The translations under genes were made by a program, and so were the position numbers. 64,000 nt of DNA from Ilumatobacteraceae bacterium. Lineage in GTDB: Bacteria; Actinomycetota; Acidimicrobiia; Acidimicrobiales; Ilumatobacteraceae. This document shows, piece after piece, positions 1 to 8,335 of the stretch. The DNA is taken from positions 57,559 through 121,558 of the forward strand of contig JBIJAO010000001.1 in the NCBI GenBank assembly GCA_044345725.1, given 5' to 3'. Position 1 is the stretch's first letter. The number at the start of each line of letters is the position of its first letter. Under the pieces are notes generated by a model. It was not told the DNA's origin, searched no databases, and worked only from the letters and a program-made list of their open reading frames with translations.

Positions 1-510
1 GGCTGGGCGTTTGTACGTGCATTGCGTAAACGAGATACACCGGTGGCATCAATCATCGTTCTTGTGAACGGCTCACAGTTAGCTGACCTTGAGTTACGGG
101 ATGACCTCTTTGATGATTTCATCTTGAGTCCATTTCATCCGCGAGAAATGGAAGCACGCCTACGACATATGTTTTGGTCGACGGTTGGCTCCACTCGCGC
201 CGAAGTAATTGAAACAAGCGGACTTGTTCTCAACCTCGAGACCTATCAAGCATCGTTTGAAGGCAAACCGCTTGACCTCACGTACATGGAATACGAGTTG
301 CTCAAGTTTCTTGCGCAAAACCCGGGCAAGGTCTTTACACGTGAAACACTTCTGTCACGAGTATGGGGATACGAGTATTACGGTGGTGCACGCACGGTCG
401 ATGTTCACATTCGTCGACTACGTGCAAAGTTGGGTGAAGAACACGCCAACCTCATTCAAACTGTACGCAGCGTGGGCTACAGCTTTGGACAAGTACGTCG
501 CGGAGCGTAA
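1..510 (+). CDS. OmpR/PhoB-family response regulator, 5'-truncated by window edge (end of receiver domain plus winged-helix DNA-binding domain)
   Basis: Frame 1 is open from nt 1 (GWAFVRALRKRDTPV...). The C-terminal LDLTYMEYELLKFLAQNPGKVFTRETLLSRVWGYEYYGGARTVDVHIRRLRAKLG...VRSVGYSF is a textbook OmpR-type winged helix. Confidence 0.85.
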   Translation, partial: GWAFVRALRKRDTPVASIIVLVNGSQLADLELRDDLFDDFILSPFHPREMEARLRHMFWSTVGSTRAEVIETSGLVLNLETYQASFEGKPLDLTYMEYELLKFLAQNPGKVFTRETLLSRVWGYEYYGGARTVDVHIRRLRAKLGEEHANLIQTVRSVGYSFGQVRRGA

Positions 511-580
511 GTTAAAGCACAGTACGTCGCGGAGCGTAAGTTAAAGCACAGTACGTCGCGGAGCGTAAGTTAAAGCACAG
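492..580. repeat. Perfect direct tandem repeat, 29-bp unit x3 (+2 nt): AGTACGTCGCGGAGCGTAAGTTAAAGCAC
   Basis: Copies at 492-520, 521-549 and 550-578 are identical by direct reading. Copy 1 contains the last codons and TAA of the response regulator. Confidence 0.95.
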
Positions 581-583
581 TTC

Positions 584-1150
584 TTAACGAATCGCATCGA
601 CAACCAATACGATCGCAAAAATAAAGAACAGAGCAGCTGCACCAATACGTATTGCCTTTTGTGGAAGCCGGGTGCCCATGGCGCGCCCCACCACTACTGC
701 AAGAGCATTGGCGAGAGTCATCCCTAATGTGGCGCCGAGCCACGTACCGAAGATTCCCTGTTTTGTTGCCAACGTCACCGTTGCCAGCATGGTCTTATCT
801 CCGATTTCGGAAATAAAGAACATAGAGGTAATTGTCAACAAAGCATTGCGGTTGGATTTGGAAATTTGTATGTCCTTATCGGAGTCGTCGTCGGTGCGCA
901 GAGTCCACAATCCAAAAGCCACAAAGGCTGCTGCTGAAATGATGTTGACCACATCTGTAGGAAGCGATGCGCCAACGACGCCGCCAATAGTGACCGACAC
1001 CAATTGCATCACGGCCGCAGCGATTGCAACACCTGTGAGCACGAGCCACGGCTTGAACCGTGTGGCAAATGCGAGTGACATCAACTGGCTTTTGTCACCC
1101 AACTCGGCCACAAACACGAGACCAAAGGCGATAAGAAACGATTCGAACAC
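584..1150 (-). CDS. GDT1/UPF0016 (TMEM165) family cation (Ca2+/Mn2+) transporter
   Basis: 188-aa polytopic membrane protein with two E-x-G-D-K-[ST] signature motifs (AELGDKSQ, SEIGDKTM). Confidence 0.85.
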   Translation of the reverse strand: MFESFLIAFGLVFVAELGDKSQLMSLAFATRFKPWLVLTGVAIAAAVMQLVSVTIGGVVGASLPTDVVNIISAAAFVAFGLWTLRTDDDSDKDIQISKSNRNALLTITSMFFISEIGDKTMLATVTLATKQGIFGTWLGATLGMTLANALAVVVGRAMGTRLPQKAIRIGAAALFFIFAIVLVVDAIR

Positions 1151-1183
1151 CGGTGTTGAGTGTAGGGGAAGAGAAAATGCGTA

Positions 1184-2590
1184 TTAGAGAAGTTGCTGCA
1201 TATGGGCAGACAACGCGCGGTGTCTCTTCAACATCTCAGTGACGTTGCTGTCAACGAGTTGGCCGTCTTTCACTACATGACGACCATGCACGATGGTGTC
1301 GCGAGCACCGATTGGTCCACAGCGCAACCACGCTTCAATCGGATCAGCGATAGCTCCCGCGAACTGGACAGAGTCGAGTGACCAAATAGCGATGTCGCCA
1401 ACTGCTCCCACTGACAACGTGCCAATCTCACCTATGCGGCCCAAACAACCTGCTCCACCCACTGTTGCGACTTCAAGTGCCATACGCGCATCAGATGCGT
1501 CTGCGCCATTACGCAATTTTGCAAGCAACATCGCTTGACGCGCTTCAAGCCACAACGATGCGCTGTCGGCAGACGATGATCCGTCGACGCCTAACCCCAC
1601 ATGCACACCGGCTGTACGCAAGTCAACGACAGGTGCGATACCGGAAGCCAAAATCAAATTGCTACTAGGACAATGCGCAGCACCAATACCTGCTTCTCCA
1701 AGTTGAACAATTTCATCTGCATTTGGCATCACGCAGTGCGCAACCCACGTGCGATCAGTGCACCACCCAACGTCTTTCAGATATTCAAAGGGACGACATC
1801 CAAACACTTGCAATGAAAACTCATCGTCTTCAGCGTTTTCTGCAAAATGTGTGTGCAAGCGAACATCTAATTTCTCCGCAAGCTCAGCCGAACGAATCAT
1901 CAATTCTTTTGTAACGCTAAATGGCGAACAAGGCGCTAACGCCACGCGAACCATCGCACCAAAAGACCTGTCGTGATGTTTGGCTACTGCCGCTTCAGAT
2001 TCAGCCAAGATGTCGTCGTCTTCCTGGACAACATCATCTGGCGGTAATCCCCCATCTTTCTGCGACAGCGACATTGATCCACGTGTGGGATGAAATCGCA
2101 TGCCTAAGTCACGCGCGGCATTAATTTCTGCCGACAACAAGTCGCCACCATTACGAGGATGCAAGTACAAATGATCAGTGGATGTTGTACAACCAGACAG
2201 TGCAAGCTCGGCAAGACCCACCCACGCAGACACGTACGCTGACTCTTCATTCAGCGCGCGCCACAGCGGATACAACGTTTGCAGCCAACCAAACAATGGT
2301 TTGGTGGTCATCGGCGGAAACGCACGCGTCAGATTTTGATACAGGTGATGGTGTGTATTGATGAGCCCCGGCGTTACCAAGCAGCCCGACGCATCAATAA
2401 CAGTGTGTGCAGCGGGCTCGGGGTCAGATGATGCGCCCACACCAGTGATGAAGCCATCAGTGACTGCGACCCAGCCCCCAGGTAACTCGCGCCGTTTGTC
2501 GTCTACTGTCGCAACAAGTAAGGCGTTGCGAACGAGAAGATCAGTAGTTGGTGTCAATGAGTTCGCTACCTTCGTGACGCACTTCAGCAT
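1184..2590 (-). CDS. 8-oxoguanine deaminase-like amidohydrolase (guanine/atrazine deaminase superfamily)
   Basis: Contains TPGLINTHHHLYQNLTR metal-binding motif, SGCTTSTDHLY, GMRFHPTRGSMS and GLGVDGSSS. The ORF is open to 2662, but the first plausible start is the ATG at 2590 (MLKCVTKV...). Start is uncertain. Confidence 0.75.
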   Translation of the reverse strand: MLKCVTKVANSLTPTTDLLVRNALLVATVDDKRRELPGGWVAVTDGFITGVGASSDPEPAAHTVIDASGCLVTPGLINTHHHLYQNLTRAFPPMTTKPLFGWLQTLYPLWRALNEESAYVSAWVGLAELALSGCTTSTDHLYLHPRNGGDLLSAEINAARDLGMRFHPTRGSMSLSQKDGGLPPDDVVQEDDDILAESEAAVAKHHDRSFGAMVRVALAPCSPFSVTKELMIRSAELAEKLDVRLHTHFAENAEDDEFSLQVFGCRPFEYLKDVGWCTDRTWVAHCVMPNADEIVQLGEAGIGAAHCPSSNLILASGIAPVVDLRTAGVHVGLGVDGSSSADSASLWLEARQAMLLAKLRNGADASDARMALEVATVGGAGCLGRIGEIGTLSVGAVGDIAIWSLDSVQFAGAIADPIEAWLRCGPIGARDTIVHGRHVVKDGQLVDSNVTEMLKRHRALSAHMQQLL

Positions 2591-2700
2591 CCTTGTACAG
2601 CAAGTGACCAAGGAGCGCTGCAATACCTGCAGTCGATAGACCCACCACAATCGGGAAGGCAAGCAACACTAGGACGATGATGACAACTCCAGGCATGTCT

Positions 2701-3054
2701 CTACCGTACTGGCTTGTATGCCCAAGCTTCGATCTCTACCTCGCCATTGAACGGAAGCGCGGCAACACCAATGGTGCTGCGAGCAGGTCGAGAGTCACCA
2801 AAGCCGGCAACATAGGCGTCGTTGAATGTGGCGAACGTGTCCATATCGGTGAGAAAGCACAACGTCTTTGACACGTCGGACAACTTCGCACCAACAGATG
2901 CAAGTTGTGTTTTCAAGTTCTCAACGGCTTGCTTTGTCTGAGCAGCGACGCCACCAGAAACTAATTCTCCGTCTTTGATGCCCAACTGACCAGAGACGAT
3001 GATCCAATCACCGGCGCGAACAACAGGGGTATATGGTCCAACAGCTTTTGCCAT
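2701..3054 (-). CDS. ridA: RidA/YjgF/TdcF family reactive-intermediate (enamine/imine) deaminase
   Basis: 117 aa. GPYTPVVRAGDWIIVSGQLG...PARSTIGVAALPFNGEVEIEAWA matches the RidA family pattern. Confidence 0.85.
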   Translation of the reverse strand: MAKAVGPYTPVVRAGDWIIVSGQLGIKDGELVSGGVAAQTKQAVENLKTQLASVGAKLSDVSKTLCFLTDMDTFATFNDAYVAGFGDSRPARSTIGVAALPFNGEVEIEAWAYKPVR

Positions 3055-3097
3055 GTATGTGACTGTATGTCACGACGAGCGCCCGTACCATATCCGT

Positions 3098-3985
3098 ATG
3101 ACTCCCCATCCCTCGCGTGTCGTGTCTCGTCGTCATTTCCTTGCAACCACGGGCTCATTAGCCGCCGGCGCAATCGCGGTGAGCGCATGTGGTGGCTCGT
3201 CATCTGGTGGAAGCTCCACTGCTACGGGCGAGTACGTCGTAGTCACGCGCTTCCCAAACACCAACTTGGTTCCTGGAACAGTGCGTCTGCCTATCTCGCT
3301 TGCTAATACTCAGGGTGCACTTCTCACCGACTCATCACTTCCCGCAACTTTGACCGCACAAATTGTGCGCGATGACACCGGAGAAATAATTGTCGCTGAT
3401 ATCGCAACCACAAAACACGGAGTGAATCTTCCGCAACCGTATTGGCCTGTCACTGCAGATCTACAAGACGTTGGTATCTATCGATTGATTGTAGAAGGTG
3501 GACCAAAAGAAGGTACTGCCTTTCAATTGTTTGACCCAAAGCAAGTATCGGTGCCACTCGTGGGAAATGCACTGCCACCTTTTGACACGCCAACAATTGA
3601 TAATCCAGATGGTCTTGATCCCATCTGCACGTATTCAACAGGAACGTGTCCGTTTCACACGGTGACACTCAGTGACGCATTGACATCCGGAAAACCTGTT
3701 GCCTATCTCATCGGTACACCTGCATACTGCAAGACCGGTACATGTACTCCAGCGCTCGACACACTGATCGAAGCGCAAAAAACTTTTGGCGATGACATCG
3801 AGTTTGTACACGCAGAGGTGTACACAGATCGCACAGCCACAGAAGTTGCGCCTGCAGTGCGCGCGTACTACATGGATTTCGAGCCAGCGTTATTTATTAC
3901 TGACTCAAACGGAGTATTGCGACATCGTCTTGATGCGATTTTTGATCGCGACGAAGTACAAGAAGTGTTGAGCGAAATCAGCTAA
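3098..3985 (+). CDS. Tat-signal lipoprotein with thioredoxin-like C-terminal domain (function unknown)
   Basis: Start taken at MTPHPSRVVSRRHFLATTGSLAAGAIAVSAC (twin-Arg plus lipobox Cys). C-terminal GKPVAYLIGTPAYCKTGTCTPALD resembles a redoxin fold with C-x4-C. Confidence 0.6.
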   Translation: MTPHPSRVVSRRHFLATTGSLAAGAIAVSACGGSSSGGSSTATGEYVVVTRFPNTNLVPGTVRLPISLANTQGALLTDSSLPATLTAQIVRDDTGEIIVADIATTKHGVNLPQPYWPVTADLQDVGIYRLIVEGGPKEGTAFQLFDPKQVSVPLVGNALPPFDTPTIDNPDGLDPICTYSTGTCPFHTVTLSDALTSGKPVAYLIGTPAYCKTGTCTPALDTLIEAQKTFGDDIEFVHAEVYTDRTATEVAPAVRAYYMDFEPALFITDSNGVLRHRLDAIFDRDEVQEVLSEIS

Positions 3986-4298
3986 ATGATTTGCCACAAC
4001 CGCATGAACGCTGTGCGTTCGGGTTGGTAATTGCGAAACCGGCTTCGTTCAAACCATTTTTGTAATCGAGGCTTGCACCTTCTAGAAGTGGTGCAGATGC
4101 AGGATCAACAACAACTTTTACGGAACCATAAATGGTGGTGATGTCGTCTGTTGCAATGTCGCCATCGAAGTACATGTCGTATGAGTAACCGGAACATCCG
4201 CCAGATTTCACAGCCACACGAAGCGCGAGCTCTTCAGAGCCTTCTTCTTTCAACAATTCTTCAACTTTGGATGCTGCTGCTTCTGTCAATGTGATCAT
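3978..4298 (-). CDS. HesB/IscA/ErpA A-type iron-sulfur cluster carrier
   Basis: 106 aa. Contains GGCSGYSY and a C-terminal CGCGKSF motif. GGAGG sits 6-7 nt upstream of the ATG. Confidence 0.9.
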   Translation of the reverse strand: MITLTEAAASKVEELLKEEGSEELALRVAVKSGGCSGYSYDMYFDGDIATDDITTIYGSVKVVVDPASAPLLEGASLDYKNGLNEAGFAITNPNAQRSCGCGKSFS

Positions 4299-4358
4299 GT
4301 TGATACCTCCGCTAAACGGCTATTGCTCAAAATCTATCGTGCCCGTACACTGCGCGCT

Positions 4359-5555
4359 ATGGGTAACACCCAAATTTCTCCGCCTTCGGTGGAACAAATC
4401 CGCGACATGCTCAAAGCAGTCATCGACCCCGAATTAGGGGACAATGTTGTCGACCTCGGCATGGTGGGTGATATCAATGTTGTTGATGGCACGGTGAGCA
4501 TCGGGTTCAAACTCACCATTCGTGGATGCCCATTACGTTCGCAAATCAAAAACGACATCGAATCACGACTTCTTGTACATCCTGCGGTCAATAAGGTCAC
4601 GATCGACTGGGGCGAGATGACCGCCGACGAGCGAACCGCTGTCATGACACGGGCTCGTTGGAACGCACGTGAAAACGCAACTGACACCGCCGTACCACCA
4701 TTTACACGTGTCATCGCGGTGGCAAGTGGCAAAGGTGGCGTGGGCAAAAGCTCTGTCACCGTCAACCTTGCTGCCGCCATTGCGTCTGCGGGCAAAGTTG
4801 TGGGCGTGCTCGACGCTGATATCTGGGGGTTTTCCATCCCCCGCATGTTGGGCATTCCCGACCGTCTCGAGGCTCACGCTGTTGAAGGGCGCGAGAAACC
4901 AATGATCATCCCCAATGAACGCAAGGTGGGCGATGGCCTTCTCCGTGTGGTGTCCACGGGAATGTTGGTCGAAGACGAAGGCACCGCTCTTATGTGGCGC
5001 GGTCTGATGTTGACCAAGGCAGTGGAACAGTTCCTCAACGATGTCGACTGGGGCAACATCGAGTATCTGCTTATCGACATGCCGCCTGGCACGGGAGATG
5101 TGCAGATGGGTCTTGCACGTATGTTGCCGCGCACAGATCTCGTCATCGTCACCACTCCCGCGGTGTCGGCACAAAAAGTTGCCATCCGTGCAGCGGACAT
5201 GGCACGACGCAGTTTCCTACGCGTCGCAGGCGTCATTGAAAACATGAGTTCCTTCACCTGCGATCACGGATCTTCCTACAACTTGTTTGGTTCTGGTGGT
5301 GGACAAGCATTGGCTGACGAGATCGGTGTTCCACTTCTCGGACAAGTGCCCATTGAAACCACGGTTGCTGCTGGAAGTGATGCAGGAGAACCTGTTGTGT
5401 TGACGGGAACTGGAATTGCTGCTCAAGTGTTTTCCGACATTGCTCGTCAGATCATTGATGCGACTCCGTCAGCACCAGAGATGGCCGGGTGTTCTGCGCG
5501 GTCAGAAGATGTTGCGGTGGTTACTCTTCGACGAAGCCAGGATCGCCCGGCATAA
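4359..5555 (+). CDS. mrp: Mrp/ApbC/NBP35-family Fe-S cluster carrier ATPase with N-terminal DUF59 domain
   Basis: DUF59-like N-terminus (VIDPELGDNVVDLGMV), deviant Walker A SGKGGVGKS, and CDHG. Start taken at MGNTQ (ORF is open from 4323). Confidence 0.85.
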   Translation: MGNTQISPPSVEQIRDMLKAVIDPELGDNVVDLGMVGDINVVDGTVSIGFKLTIRGCPLRSQIKNDIESRLLVHPAVNKVTIDWGEMTADERTAVMTRARWNARENATDTAVPPFTRVIAVASGKGGVGKSSVTVNLAAAIASAGKVVGVLDADIWGFSIPRMLGIPDRLEAHAVEGREKPMIIPNERKVGDGLLRVVSTGMLVEDEGTALMWRGLMLTKAVEQFLNDVDWGNIEYLLIDMPPGTGDVQMGLARMLPRTDLVIVTTPAVSAQKVAIRAADMARRSFLRVAGVIENMSSFTCDHGSSYNLFGSGGGQALADEIGVPLLGQVPIETTVAAGSDAGEPVVLTGTGIAAQVFSDIARQIIDATPSAPEMAGCSARSEDVAVVTLRRSQDRPA

Positions 5556-6384
5556 GAATTGCCACAACACGACCTTCATCGTCAATCTTTAATTGCGGCT
5601 GAATGCGCGGTGGCACTCCCACTGTGCGTGCGGCAGCCAAAATTTCATCGGCCCGAGAGTGCGGCAATAGAAATTCCAAATTTGAAACTGTTGGCGGCAA
5701 CATCGCCAACTCACCGCGTTGATGACGTTCGATCGCCTCGTGTGGTTTCACCCACAAACTGTCGATTGTTTCGGAATCATCATGCAATGGATCTTGTCCT
5801 ACTGGAGCACGTGCCACAAAAAATCGAGTGTCGAAACGGCGACGCTCACCAATTGGTGTCACCCAGTGACTGACGTAGTGAATGGAGTCGGTGATGAGGT
5901 GCAAATTCTCACGGTGACACAATTCAATAAGACTCATTTCACCGTCGTGAATTCGATGACGAGCTTCAGAAAAAAACTTGGCGGTATACGGATCATCAAA
6001 TTTGATCAGTTCACCGGTTGGTGCATGACGCGCAAGAAGTACGCCTGCTTCCTCAAAACATTCCCTAATGGCAGCCACCCAGTACGCAAGACCGCCACTT
6101 GGGATCTGCAATAAGCCACTTGCTTCTTCATCGGTAAGACCGTCACAGAGATCACACAATTCGTCATGGCCGTCGACGTCATCAACACGTCCACCAGGAA
6201 ACACGTACATGCCGCTGGCAAATGCCGCATTGAGAGTGCGCTGCAGCATGAAAACGTCAATACCCGACTGTTGTTCATCGTCATCGCGCACCAAAAGGAC
6301 GGTTGCCGCGGGACGAACCGGCACAGTGGCGGGATCAAACGGCTCGTTCGCTTTTGGATGTGATGTGCGTGATTCAGACATCAA
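5521..6384 (-). CDS. NUDIX-family hydrolase
   Basis: FPGGRVDD...AAIRECFEEAGVLL is a Nudix box with an insertion. Its 3' end overlaps mrp convergently by 35 nt. Confidence 0.7.
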   Translation of the reverse strand: MMSESRTSHPKANEPFDPATVPVRPAATVLLVRDDDEQQSGIDVFMLQRTLNAAFASGMYVFPGGRVDDVDGHDELCDLCDGLTDEEASGLLQIPSGGLAYWVAAIRECFEEAGVLLARHAPTGELIKFDDPYTAKFFSEARHRIHDGEMSLIELCHRENLHLITDSIHYVSHWVTPIGERRRFDTRFFVARAPVGQDPLHDDSETIDSLWVKPHEAIERHQRGELAMLPPTVSNLEFLLPHSRADEILAAARTVGVPPRIQPQLKIDDEGRVVAILMPGDPGFVEE

Positions 6385-6863
6385 CGCCCCAATCTATTGT
6401 CGTCGTCTGTGTCGTCATGACTGTGTGGTTGAGTTTCGGGAGGGCGTAACTCCCCCGTGGTGTCGACAATAGGTCCGGAATAGGTGGCTGTTATTACCGT
6501 GGTGCGCGCCGATGATCGACGTAATACCAGCGAGACAATGACGTTGCGAACTGGTGGCAGTAGCAACAATAAACCCAGTACATCCCCAATAAAACCTGGG
6601 ATAAATAACAAGACACCGGCAACGAGTACGCAGACTCCGTGCACCATTTCTCTCGATGGCACTTCACCTTTACGACTTGTCTCCATAAACGATCGAAAGA
6701 CCCGAAAGCCTTCACGTTTTGCGAGCCACGTTCCCACCACACTGACGCCGATTAACGCGGTGATGGTCCACAACACGCCAATCTGAGAACCGATCTGAAT
6801 AAGTACGTACAACTCAAGGATCGGCGCAACAACAAATAGCAACAGAGCAATGAGTAGTCCCAC
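6381..6863 (-). CDS. fxsA: FxsA-family cytoplasmic membrane protein
   Basis: The N-terminus LLFVVAPILELYVLIQIGSQIG..., GTWLAKREG and the LLLLPPVR pattern are typical of FxsA. Confidence 0.8.
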   Translation of the reverse strand: MGLLIALLLFVVAPILELYVLIQIGSQIGVLWTITALIGVSVVGTWLAKREGFRVFRSFMETSRKGEVPSREMVHGVCVLVAGVLLFIPGFIGDVLGLLLLLPPVRNVIVSLVLRRSSARTTVITATYSGPIVDTTGELRPPETQPHSHDDTDDDNRLGR

Positions 6864-6865
6864 GG

Positions 6866-8302
6866 TTATGACTTCTTTCGAGCCTCACGGTAGTCGCGTG
6901 CTCCACCTTCAAGTGGTTCCACTTCCAATGTGATACCATCAATTGCAACAACGCGCATGGGTTGACGATCATCAAGAGGTGTCGCGCGATTGACGCGTGC
7001 GTGCCAACGTGCTCCGTTGATGTCAACTGTTCCCTCTGGTGCGATTGGTCCGACAGCTACACCTTCAGTCCCGATCAAATTGTCACGGCCAATTGTGGGA
7101 GTCGCAAAACGTGTGCGGGTCATTGACGGCATGCCAACGACATACGTCAGAGCGATGCCAATGATTCCTACAGACAATGTGATCCACGACGGTCTCAGCG
7201 TTAGACCATCAGTGGATCGAAACAATGTGAATGATGAAATCACGTATAGGGCCATGCCAAGGCCTGTCCAAAAACGAGGGACACCCACCTGTACATCAAC
7301 TGCAAAAGCGAGAAATGCGAGCAAGAACAAGGCGAGCGCAAGTCCGGAAATAGGCAGTGCACCCAAACCAAAACTGCCAAGAATTAACGCGATGGCGCCA
7401 ACAAGTCCGGCCACACCAATTCCGGCAGTGAAGAATTCAAAGATGATCAATGCAACCCCAGCGCTCATCAACAAATACGTTGATGCCGGACTTGCAACGG
7501 TGTGCATCAAACGTGGCATCAAACCAAGTTTGAAAAAGCGAACAGTTGTTGCTTCGCGAGTGATCTGACCCGCATCATCAAGTGTGTCGACCACGGTATC
7601 GAGCACTACTCCACGCACTGCCAGGCCATCAAGGGCGTACAACATGTTGCGAAGAACTGGAACACCGCGGTCGTCATTACTAAATCGCAGCACGCCTTGT
7701 TCGCGTGCTTCAAGAAATCCCAGAGTTCCAGACGTGAGAGTTGAATCAGCATCACCAAACGTGATTCGTTCCCCATCGACTTGCAATGGCAAACCAATGC
7801 GGCCAACACGCGCACCCGGAGCCATTGCTGTTACGTCAGCGACAGCAAGAAGTTGTGCTGGTTGTCCGTATGCACGTGAACCACTTGGGCCAACCCAAAT
7901 TGCAACTGGAACTTTCGAGTTCTTTACATCGCGCAACAAATCTTCCATTTGTGATCGCTCCAAGACACTTCCACGTGAGTTCAACTGCAGAATCACTGCC
8001 TGCGATCCGTCCTTTTCAGCACGCTCAAGCGAAGAGGAAATGAAGTCGGCGTTTATTTCATCTAGTAGACCGCTCACTTCAATAACGTCAACCGGTGCCA
8101 AGTCGGTGTTTGACGTTGTGACAAGTACGTCGCCGGAGGTGACGTCGAGAGGAGTTGTATCGGACGGCTCATCGGTAGCGTTCACCATTGATGCTTGTGC
8201 AATTTGCCCCGACACCATTGCTGCTGCAGGAGCACACAGCATGAGCCCGAGAGCCAACCACACGCGCACTTTCGACATCGGTTTCCGTGCTCGTAGGTTC
8301 AC
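6866..8302 (-). CDS. NfeD-family membrane-bound ClpP-class serine protease (long form)
   Basis: Signal/TM N-terminus, ClpP-like domain, multi-TM block and a C-terminal OB-like NfeD domain (GTVDINGARWHARV). GTG at 8302 is preceded by AAGGAG (8308-8313), and the ORF is open to 8362. Confidence 0.75.
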   Translation of the reverse strand: MNLRARKPMSKVRVWLALGLMLCAPAAAMVSGQIAQASMVNATDEPSDTTPLDVTSGDVLVTTSNTDLAPVDVIEVSGLLDEINADFISSSLERAEKDGSQAVILQLNSRGSVLERSQMEDLLRDVKNSKVPVAIWVGPSGSRAYGQPAQLLAVADVTAMAPGARVGRIGLPLQVDGERITFGDADSTLTSGTLGFLEAREQGVLRFSNDDRGVPVLRNMLYALDGLAVRGVVLDTVVDTLDDAGQITREATTVRFFKLGLMPRLMHTVASPASTYLLMSAGVALIIFEFFTAGIGVAGLVGAIALILGSFGLGALPISGLALALFLLAFLAFAVDVQVGVPRFWTGLGMALYVISSFTLFRSTDGLTLRPSWITLSVGIIGIALTYVVGMPSMTRTRFATPTIGRDNLIGTEGVAVGPIAPEGTVDINGARWHARVNRATPLDDRQPMRVVAIDGITLEVEPLEGGARDYREARKKS

Positions 8303-8335
8303 ATCTTCTCCTTTGCGCCAAAGTGCGGTAGCGCC

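Noticed and set aside
492-580. Possibility that the 29-bp repeats are a mini CRISPR array.
   Set aside because: The units are directly abutting with no spacers. There is no leader and no cas genes in the window. It is a simple tandem duplication.
2591-2662. N-terminal extension of the amidohydrolase ORF, or a purine riboswitch between ridA and the deaminase.
   Set aside because: The extension (MPSRLWWVYRLQVLQRSLVTCCTR) looks non-protein-like, and homologs start near TDLLVRNA. I could not find the conserved purine-riboswitch junction sequences in the 110 nt.
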